A stretch of 64,000 nt of DNA. It comes from Octopus vulgaris (Eukaryota). Location: positions 81,344,001 through 81,408,000 of the forward strand of contig OX597822.1 of the NCBI GenBank assembly GCA_951406725.2. Reading direction: 5' to 3'. The notes below the pieces were generated by a model. That model did no database searches. It was not told the DNA's origin and saw nothing but the letters and a program-made list of their open reading frames with translations. A program made the position numbers and the translations under genes. Positions 53,881-64,000 of the stretch are shown here, one piece after another (the first letter of the stretch is position 1; each line of letters starts with the position of its first letter).

Positions 53881-54011
53881 GAGAGAGAGAAAGTAAGAAA
53901 AATGTTTCATTTTATATACGCATAGATTCATATATTCACGTATACGTAAATATGCATGTACATATATACATATATGTGCGTGTGTTTGTGTGTCTGTGTA
54001 ATATATGAATG

Positions 54012-54132
<121 letters not shown>

Positions 54133-54657
54133 GTGTGCGTGTTTGTGTGTGTAAATAAGAAATAGTGGTACAAGACATGAATGTTTGGTGAAATGTATAC
54201 TGGCAAAGTTGTATGCGCGCAGCGAACTTTCAGAATTTTCATCTTACCTCTAGGGAGAACATCGGAAAAATGGACAACCTAGAATGGAAAATCTAGGACC
54301 CGAGTTTCGGATTTTATATATGTATGCGTGCATGCGTGCGTACGTGTGTGTACGTGTATTTGTGTTGTGTGTTAGATTATGCATTCTAGGTAGTCCATTT
54401 TTCCGATGTTCTTCCCAGAGATAAGACGAAAATTTTTCAAGTGCGCTGCCCACATACATCTTTGCCAGTATACATTTCAGTGAAGCTTTACATAGCGTCG
54501 TATCGTTATCGACTGCTATTTCCAGCAAAAATTCGTGCCTTGTTGTAGCACTATCTATTATTTATAATTCTACCTTTACTCTGTTTAATTTGGCTGGAAA
54601 GTGATAGTATTGTATTGCTATATTTAAAATGTTTATATATGTATGTGTATATATATA

Positions 54658-55949
54658 CGAGGGACGTTCAATAAGTAATGCCTCTAACCCACTCGCAGTT
54701 GTTTGATCTAGCTGAAATTTTGCATGTGCAATTATTTATATGTTTATAGATTAAGTGGCAAATTACAGCTCTGAACTAATTGTGGTTTCTGATTTACAGA
54801 TGTTTGAACTGAGTCAAGAGTGAAATAGAGCCTGTTGAGTGTCAAGCAGTGATCTGGTTTTTGTATTTGAAAGGACGCACACCACGGGAGACTTTTGATG
54901 AAATGAAAGTAACTTATGGTGATGATGCCCCATCATATGACCTTGTAAAACGCTGGCATCGTGAATTCAAACATGGTCGGAACTCTGTGGAAACAGCTCC
55001 CAGATCTGGTCGCCCCCCTTCTGCCATTGATGAGGCATCTGTCCGTCAAGTTGAGGCTGCCATTTTGGAAGATCGACGCATAACTATTCGCCAAATAGCC
55101 CATGAGGTCAAGATTAGTACCGGGTCTGTGGAAACTATCATTCATTACCATTTGCATATGCAAAAGGTGTCTGCCAGATGGATTCCCAAGTTGCTCACAC
55201 CTTTCGAGAGGCAAGAACGCGTCGAGTGCTCAAGGATGAATTTGGAGATGTGCCAAGAAGATGAGTCAAAATTTTTCAAAAGACTGATTACACAGGATGA
55301 AATCTGGGTCTATCACTATGATCCAGAGACCAAAGCCCAGTCAATGCAGTGGAAGCACCATGACTCACCTCCTCCAAAGAAGGCAAGGGTGCAGCCCTCC
55401 GCTGGCAAGGTCATGCTCACAGTCTTCTGGGACCAGGACGGAGTAGTGATGACAGATTTCCTGGCAAAGGGTACCACAATTACAGGAGCCTATTATGCTT
55501 CACTTTTGAGGAAATTAAGAGAAGCTATCAAAATCAAGAGGCGGAGCAAGATCAGCAAAGGCATCCTCCTCCTGCAGGACAACGCTCCGGTTCACAACTC
55601 GCGTGTTGCCAGATCAGAAGCACAGGCGTGCGGCTATGAACTCCTCCCCCATCCCCTTACTCTCCTGACCTTGCACCCTCTGATTTTCACCTCTTCCCAG
55701 CCATGAAGTTGTTTTTGAAAGGAAAGCGTTTCCCAGATGATGCAGCCTTGATTTCTGAAGTCACGTCGTGGTTGGAGGACCAAGCTGGGGTCTTCTACAA
55801 AAACGGTCTCCAGAGCTGCATCAAACGATGGAAGAAATGCGTAACTCTGAGTGGTTCCTATGTAGAAAAAGACTAATAACTGTGCCAAGTTTCGTTGCTC
55901 TACTGCTATGGGAAGTGGGTCAGGGGCATTACTTATTGAACGCCCCTCG
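54658..55949 (+). mobile_element. Full-length mariner DNA transposon (DD34D, irritans/Himar-Hsmar2-like), 1292 bp
   Basis: TA TSD on both sides, TIR CGAGGG(A/G)CGTTCAATAAGTAATGCC at both ends, transposase inside. Confidence 0.95.
54825..55876 (+). pseudogene. Mariner transposase, start codon apparently mutated (ATA) and 1-bp frameshift near 55655
   Basis: RSGRP, WIPKLL, ITQDE, LLQDNAPVH, then YSPDLAPSDFHLF in the shifted frame. Confidence 0.9.
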
Positions 55950-55987
<38 letters not shown>

Positions 55988-55988
<1 letters not shown>

Positions 55989-56298
55989 GGGGGAGGCGCA
56001 ATGGCCCAGTAGTTAGGGCAGCGGACTCGCGGTCGGAGGATCACGGTTTCGATCCCCAGACCGGGGGTTGTGAGTGTTTATTGAGCGAAAACTCCTGAAG
56101 ATCCACGATGCTCCGGCAGGGGTGGTGGTGATCCCTGTTGTACTCTTTCGCCACTCTTTCTCACTCTTTATTCTGTTGGCCTGCTCGCTTAGCCCGCGGG
56201 GTGGTGTCATTTGAAGGCTAAAACAATGCGAAGCGCATTGTGACAAGCGATGTGTAGCAACATCTGATAGCCTGGCCGGTCACGGTGATCACGGTGAT
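55988..56298 (+). mobile_element. tRNA-derived SINE (second partial copy on the minus strand at 59320-59480)
   Basis: A box TGGCCCAGTAGTTAGG, B box GGTTTCGATCCCC, (CACGGTGAT)2 tail. Confidence 0.8.
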
Positions 56299-56362
56299 AT
56301 ATATATAACATAGATAAATAAATAAATGGAGTTAAGCGCAAGTGTTATTCAAATCTTTATAC

Positions 56363-56448
56363 TTCCGACATATGTTTCGAAGAAAATATTGGTATTATTC
56401 CAGAAGGAATAAAATGATGTAAAACTATGCAATCTTCTCATCAGCTAA
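56363..56448 (-). ncRNA. Hammerhead motif with long stem II and decayed stem I
   Basis: CUGAUGA-GAAGA...UCUUC-GAAA-CAUAUG-UC, with palindromic stem III ACAUAUGU. Confidence 0.5.
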
Positions 56449-56547
56449 AAAAAAGAAACAATACGCATCAATAAGACATTTTAACCAAATGTGATTACTG
56501 CGTATATGATGAAGGGAACGCTAGTACGTTATTTATTTAAAAACCGT

Positions 56548-56899
56548 TAAAATATATAAAGTCAAAGACAATTTATAGAAAAAAAAGGAGGGGAAGAAAG
56601 AAATTAGCAGAAAATTAAAAGTGAATATGGTGCGATATGTGAATAGGTATAAAGGTTAAAGATATGGAAATAGATATATTTAGTGGAAGTAAATATATCT
56701 ATATATTTATCCTCGTGCATTCGGTTGTAACTCACACTAACAGTCTACACCCTTGTCATTAAATATATCTATTTCCATGTCTTTAACGTTTATTCCCATT
56801 CACGTATCGCACAATATTTCTCCACTTTTAATTTTCTGCTAATTTCTTTCTTCCTCCTCCTTCTCTTTCCATAAATTGCCTTTGACGTTATATATCTTA
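56548..56899. repeat. Diverged inverted repeat, ~145-bp arms (56548-56689 and 56752-56899)
   Basis: GAAGAAAGAAATTAGCAGAAAATTAAAAGTG is mirrored by CACTTTTAATTTTCTGCTAATTTCTTTCTTC. Confidence 0.85.
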
Positions 56900-57262
56900 C
56901 TCTTTTACTCTTTCTTGTTTTATCATTTGACTGTGGTCATACTGGAACACCGCCTTTAGTCGATCAAATCGACCCCAGAGCATACTCTTTGTAAGCCTCG
57001 TACTTATTCTATCGGCCTCTACGGAGATAACTAAGACCAAAGCGACCGGAGAATAGGACTTGAACTCCAAACAAAATCAGGTAAGGGGTAGCAAAGATAA
57101 ATAACTTACAGGATTTGATGGATTATAATATGCGCTTTTTCAAAAAGAAGTTTCAAGAACGTTGTCCCAGTTGGATTTCCCATAAACTTTAATGCTCTAC
57201 ACTTTTTCCTAGATATTTGTAGCTGAAATTAGGCTAAGTCTAATATATCTGTGTGTTTGTTT

Positions 57263-57301
<39 letters not shown>

Positions 57302-59088
57302 AAATACGGTATATCGATGCATATTAGCCTCTTTCTGAAAAGAAAACAATAGTGTAAACATGCAATGAATAGTAAGGTTTGGAAAGATAAGGAACAAACC
57401 GGCGCTTCTCGAGCAAGGAATAAATAGCCGGCGGGGTCAGATGTCATCTTAAATGAGCTTTTGATAAAAATGAGTGAGATCATTGCCAGGAAGGTTCGAT
57501 TTCTGAGAATGCAGAAGATAGAACATATAAAGACAATAAACTGCAGAATTTTTATAACACTTGACAAAACACCAGAAGAGGTTAATGTACCAGCCATTGG
57601 GAATATTAAGAAATTGGACTAATACTAACGCAGTCAAAAAATCAGCGCATCAAGGTAAGAAATATTCTCAAAGGGAATAAATATATACATTACATACAAG
57701 CATGGCTTGTTCTAAGAAAGGTCAGTCATCTCCGAATGGAGTTATTGATGAACATCAAATAACAAGGATTGCAGAGTATGGGAAAATGAGTTTAAAAACT
57801 TTCGAATATTTAGATTATAAATATTGGATATAGAAAATAATATTGATTTGGAAAATAATTTCATCAGTAATATCAACAATGGTTGTTGTTCAACATGAAG
57901 GTTGAAGAAGTCATAAAATATCAATTATCTAGTTTAATAACAGAAGCTTTTATGCTAACTTCCGAAACATCTCTTAATATTTAAGGCAGTTCAAGAAACC
58001 TTTTCGATATAAAAGCGATATCAAAGAATAGGATCAAATCTGGGAAAGGTGAAGATGTTGAATTGAATGGAGGGAGATTAACTTATAGGAGCATGAAGAA
58101 CAAGATTGGAAAGAGTGTGGCTTTTGTTCGTGCATAAAAGCTTTAATTATAAGGTGTTAGGAAACATGGCAACAGCTGCTGCTGATGTTCTTCAATGTAT
58201 TACAATAGAAATGTGCATAGAGAGGAAGAAAAAGGCAATTGTGAGCGTAAAGTATAAAGCATCTGAATCTAATATGGAAATGTGTAAGGTTTAGGATGAA
58301 AGAAATGTTTGCAAGCACAATTCCAAAGGTCATCTTTGTGGAAATTTCTCTATACACCTATTAATTCTGAATAAACACAAAATAACTGAAGACTTTAGCA
58401 ATTCAATTTATTGCATGGAGACATATACGCGTGAGTATGTGTGTGTATGTGTGTGTGAGTGTAAATCCGTATCATCATCAATGTCATCATCATCATTTTC
58501 AACACCTGGACGCTATTGTCTCGGGTCCGGTTTTCCTGACACATAAGTGACGGAGTTCACAACAATCCCCTGAACGGGATGCCAGCTCGTCGCAGAGCTT
58601 CTCTTTTATAGCTGAGCAGACTGAGGCAACGTGTAATGAAGTGTCTTGCTCAAGAACAAAGCGCAACGCTCGATCCAGGAATATAAAAGACAAAACAGGG
58701 AACTACTTTCAGGGATCATTTGCCAGCTTATTGTTTGTCTTGTTGGTCTTTTTATGGCTTTTGTTTGTGGTATACGGAAGCACTTATAGGAAAATGATGG
58801 ATACCAATAAATTGAAATATTAAAGATTCAAAACAGAGCAATCATTTCGCAAATAATTTACAGATTTTTGTGGAATAGAATTACGGAAAAGACATCGATA
58901 AAGCATGAGATACACCTGAATATGTTTAAATAGGCACAGGTTGGGTGAGTGGTTAATAAGCCCGCTTTGCAACCAGCTGCTTAGCGATATCATAAGCAAA
59001 TTCCTTCCACTGGAGCCCTGGGTAGGCCAATTCCGTGCGAGTTGGTTTGGTAGAGGGAAACTTTACGCAAGCCTATTGTGTGTGTGTG

Positions 59089-59119
<31 letters not shown>

Positions 59120-60134
59120 CTGTCGTGGGACTCCGTCGGTTGCGACTACGTGGGTTCCAGTTGATCCGATCAACGGAACAGCCTGCTCGTGAAATTAACG
59201 TGCAAGTGGCTGAGCATTCCACAGACACGTGTATTATTTGCGTAGTTCTCGGGGAGATTCAGCGTGACAAGGCTGACCCTTTGAAATATAAGTACGACAG
59301 AAACAGGAAGAAAGAGTGAGAGAAAGTTGTGGTGAAAGAATACAGCAGGGTTCGCCAGCCCACCCCCTACAGGAGCCTCGTGGAGCTTTAGGTGTTTTCA
59401 AGCAATAAACACTCACAACGCCCGGTCTGGGAATTGAAACCGCGAGTCCGCTGCCCTAACCACTGGGTCATTGCGCCCCGATTATATATATATAGATACA
59501 CACATATATGTATACATATGCGTGTGTGCGTTTGTGCGCGTGTGTGTATATATGTTTGAGTGTATTCTTTGTCTGTGTTTAGCCTCGAAAGCCGACAAAC
59601 CAACAACAGGTGTTGGTTTGTTTCTGTTCTTATAACCTAGCGGTTTGGCAAAATGACCGAATTAGTATCATCTTAAAAATAAGAGCTGGGATTGGTTTGT
59701 TCAATGAAACTTTTCAAAGCATGCCCCAAAATGGTCGCAATTCAATAACTAAAACAAACAAGAAAAGAAAAATATATATATTATATGACAATAATTACCA
59801 AATAAAGCAAAATAGAAAGATAGAGAGAGAGAGAGAAAGAGAGAGATAAGGAGAGAAAGAGAGAGTCATGGATCACAAATGGATTACAAATGTCTACATA
59901 AACAGCATGCAGTATCTTCTATTTTTCCTTGTTTCAGTCATTAGACGGCGGTCATGCTGGGGCATCGCCTGAAGAATTTTCAGTCGAATGAATCGAGAAT
60001 TAGTAAAATATAAAGTTATAAAGGCGAAAGAGAAATATAATATAAAAAAGAAAAAAAAATATTGGCTAATATCATGAGAGTATTAAAGAAAGAGTATTTT
60101 AGGAAAATATTGGAAAATAATAAAGATATATCGA

Positions 60135-61022
60135 TTTTCAAATTCAAGGCAAGGAAATTCGGAAAAGAGTATGGGTCGATTACAAAGACCCCAGCGCTCG
60201 ACTCCTACTTATTTTATCGTTCCCGAAAGGATGAAAGCTAAGTTGACCACGGTGGAGTTTGAACTCAAGATGTAAAGACGGATGAAACGCAGCTAAACAT
60301 TTCGTCCGGCATGCTAACGATTCTGCCAGTTCGTTGACTTAATAATCCTTTCTACTGCATGCACAAGGCCTCAAATTTGGGGGAAAGGATTAAGTCGATT
60401 ACATCACCTTATTGAGAGTAATATTGGCTTCAAATTTTGGCACCAGGCCGGCAATTTCGGGAGTAGGGAGCTAAGTCGATTAGATCCACCCCAGTGATCC
60501 AATGGTATTTATTTTATCGACCCCCGAAAGGATGAAAAGCAAAGTTGACCATAAATTACAACGAATTGTTGCTAAACATTTTGTCTGACCTGCTAACGAT
60601 TCTGCCAGCTCGTTGACTTAATAATCCTTTCTACTGCATGCACAAGGCCTCAAATTTGGGGGAAGGGATGAAGTCGATTACATCGACCCCAGTGCGTAAC
60701 TAGTGTTTAATTTATCGACCCCGAAAGGAGGAAAGACAAAGTCGACCCCGGCGGAATTTGAACCCATAACGTAGCAACGGGCGAAATACCTATTTCTTTA
60801 CTACCCACAAGGGGCTAAACACAGAGAGGACAAACAAGGACAGACAAACGGATTAAGTCGATTATATCGACCCAGTGCATAACTGGTACTTAATTTATCG
60901 ACCGCGAAAGGATGAAAGGCAAAGTCGACCTCGGCGGAAATTGAACTCAGAACGTAACGGCAGACGAAATACGGCTACGCATTTCGCCCGGTTTGCTAAC
61001 GTTTCTGCCAGCTCGCCGCCTT
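60135..61022 (-). mobile_element. Tandem cluster of Nin-domain-like SINE copies
   Basis: Four reverse copies of the core. 60640-61022 mirrors the dimeric copy at 25940-26356. Confidence 0.8.
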
Positions 61023-61109
61023 TCAACATATTGGCAAACTTTATCCTGGAAAAAAGTCAAATTCCTTAAGAAGCACAAATTACTAATTATTATCGACTAT
61101 TACTAATTC

Positions 61110-61900
61110 AGAACAAACAGACCAACCTCTTTGACTTTAACTGAATTAATTAAAGAAATTAATTATCTAGACAATAAAGTATTGCAATGGAAGTTGCAAA
61201 CGGTGACAATAGATTAGGAAAGTACGGTACCAGAGGTTAGGTTTAATTAATTGAGAAGCTATTTAAGAGGCAGTCGACAATTTGTGGCTTTGTACATTGC
61301 TCGAGGAGTACCCCGTAGATCTATGCTTTTGTTAAAACTGTGCATTTTTACATATGCAGGGTATCAAAAATTCGGAAATTTGTTTTATCCACAGACGATA
61401 CAAATATGTTTCTTTTTTATACTGTTTATTGTTTATTTTTATTTATTTACTGGTGTTTTTTGTTGTTTTTTGGGAGTCTTTTTATATATATTTTTTTCTT
61501 TTATCTGGGGAGAATTTACAGCAACATTTAGAGTTAGTTGACAAATGAGAAAATTAAATCGATAGTTTCACACAAACAAATTATTAAAATTGAACAAAAT
61601 AAAGATTATATTGCTTTGAAATTATAAAATAAATACTGAAGTAAAAGTTATGAGAAATAATGTCTGAAAAAATTGTATGAAAATAAATTACTGCTTGCGG
61701 TGTTAAATCCGTTAGGAACATTATATAAAACATGAGAGAGAAACGATGCCAAGAAATATTCATGCTTTTGGAAAAACAAAGCACATTTTGAATCTTTCAA
61801 TACGGCGCACAGTATTTGGTTCTTATATTTGGTGTGCAAAATTCTTCATGTAAACATGAAACAGATTTGGTTGTATCACGGGGGGTAGTGTCATTGGGCC
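61110..61900 (+). mobile_element. Very degenerate CR1/L2(Crack)-type RT fragment
   Basis: KYGTRG, RSYLRGSRQFV, GVPRRSML (GVPQGSxL), KFVLSTDDTNMF (LFADDT). Confidence 0.65.
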
Positions 61901-62222
61901 ATTAATAAACACACACACTGGTTAAATTTCACTTCATTTATTATTATTGGTTCATTTGGTATGGATACAGTATTTCGTTTTGCAACTATAATATAGGCAA
62001 TGTGCTCGCGGATAGTTAAAGGACTGGGTGTGATACTGTAGACGGAGTAATAGCTACCGGAATATAAGTAAACATCCATTACCTATTTTTCTGTCTTCGA
62101 TCGAATTGTTTACAGGGACGTATTCGTAAAGAAGACATCGTCACTTTCAGTGCTGGCTCCAAATTCTATAGATCAATCGACAGGGATAATCTTAAAAGTG
62201 ATTTATCGCATTGCTAACACGA

Positions 62223-62645
<423 letters not shown>

Positions 62646-63114
62646 TACATATATATATACACATACACGTGTTTATACGAGTGTGTGCGTGTGTGTGTCT
62701 GTCTGTGTGTCTGTCTGTGTCTGTGTGTGTATGTGTGCGTGCATGCGTGCGTGCGTGTGCGTGTGCGAGTGTGTGTGTGTATACAAGTATATGAATATGC
62801 ATGAAGGCAAGCACTACGAATATAACAAAAAATTATCAAATTATCTGTAGAAATTGCAAACATCCAAATCTTTAAAAAGCACCGAATTCATTCATTAATC
62901 AACGGACCGCTCCTTCGGTGTTTTATCAGAATAGAAAGAAACTTGCATTAAAAAAAAAATTAAAAACCATTTTAACATTTATTTAAAATTGATTAAGATT
63001 CCAGAATTAAATAAAATTATGAAAGCTTCCTAAATTTATAACATGCATATATATGCATGTATGCATATTTGTGTGTGTGCATGCGCGTGTATGTATATAT
63101 ATATATGTGTGTAT

Positions 63115-63164
<50 letters not shown>

Positions 63165-63279
63165 GTATTTGTACGTATGTTTACAAATGCTTGTTTTTAT
63201 GTAAACATTAATCTAAAAGATTACTCTATACATTTGTAGAGTACAAATTTATTATTCACTAAAAAAAATAGTACTGATA

Positions 63280-63690
63280 GGCGCAGGAGTGGCTGTGTGG
63301 TAAGTAGCTTGCTTACCAACTACACGGTTCCGGGTTCAGTCCCACTGCGTGGCACGTCGGGCAAGTGTCTTCTGCTATAGCCTCGGGCCGACCAAAGACT
63401 TGTGAGTGGATTTGGTAGATGGAAACTGAAAGAAGCCCGTCGTATATATGTATATATATGTGTGCGTGTATATTTGTGTGTCTGTGTCTGTCCCCTTAGC
63501 ATTGCTTGACAACCGATGCTGGTGTGTTTATGTCCCCGTCACTTAGCGGTTCGGCAAAACAGACCGATAGAATAAGTACTGGGCTTACAAAGAATAAGTC
63601 CCGGGGTCGAGTTGCTCGACTAAAGGCGGTGCTCCAGCATGGCCGCAGTCAAATGACTGAAACAAGTAAAAGAGTAAAAGAGTAAAGAGT
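63280..63690 (+). mobile_element. Near full-length tRNA/CORE-like cephalopod SINE (most abundant family in the window)
   Basis: Head TGGCTGTGTGGTAAG...GGTTCAGTCCC, CORE-like GGGCAAGTGTCTT, internal (TG)n, tail (GTAAAAGA)n. More than 10 related copies occur in the window. Confidence 0.85.
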
Positions 63691-63771
63691 ATAGAGACTT
63701 CGAAACTTCGGCCAGTATATATAGCTACTGAACCTTTTTCTATTTTCTCCCTCTGCTTATTTCTGTGGTCC

Positions 63772-63805
63772 TTTCTGTTGAAGAGCGTAGGCTCGAAACG
63801 TAAAA
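63772..63805 (+). ncRNA. Minimal hammerhead motif with A6U core variant in a pLTR-like fragment (63720-63905)
   Basis: UUU-CUGUUGA-A-GAGC(guag)GCUC-GAAA-CG-UA-AAA. Confidence 0.45.
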
Positions 63806-64000
63806 AACTTTCTCACTTCATGAGCGTTAAACTAATACATCTGTTTATTGTTTACATACCCGTCTTCGTGTTTTGTTTTTTTCGTAAATTCTCACTATGT
63901 ATATATACAAATGGTTGCGGGTTCAGTCTCACTGCGTAGCACCTTGGGCAAGTGTCTACTATAGGCTCGGGACGACGAAAGCCTTGTGAGTGTATTTGGT

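Noticed and set aside
55995-56065. tRNA gene (also heads at 52159, 42285, 63280)
   Set aside because: A and B boxes are present but there is no complete cloverleaf, and each continues into a SINE body.
57050-58400. Very old LINE RT remnant
   Set aside because: Only faint motif echoes, too degraded to assign without a profile search.

Overview
AT-rich, repeat-saturated eukaryotic DNA, most likely cephalopod (Octopus-type SINE families, long di-, tri- and tetranucleotide microsatellites). No host protein-coding exon could be supported, and nearly all ORF-track entries are microsatellite artefacts. Real coding remnants all come from transposons: the 5' end of a CR1/L2-group LINE (Myb/SANT-like + CCCH ORF1, APE), a 5'-truncated RTE LINE with a 78-bp target-site duplication, a near-full-length DD34D mariner, a decayed maT/DD37D-like element, Penelope-like (PLE) RT and GIY-YIG fragments, an R4/Dong 3' end and other LINE scraps. 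Non-autonomous Helitrons and many tRNA-headed SINEs are also present. The main hidden signal is RNA-level. Minimal type I hammerhead ribozyme (HHR) motifs recur across the window. The clearest case is a very young non-coding 547-bp tandem array plus inverted copy (27208-29208) with one HHR per unit and a self-complementary monomer, resembling a retrozyme or PLE pseudo-LTR. A second case is a tRNA/Pol III-headed SINE-like element carrying an HHR (52159-52557). All structure calls were made by eye and need covariance-model and cleavage-assay confirmation.
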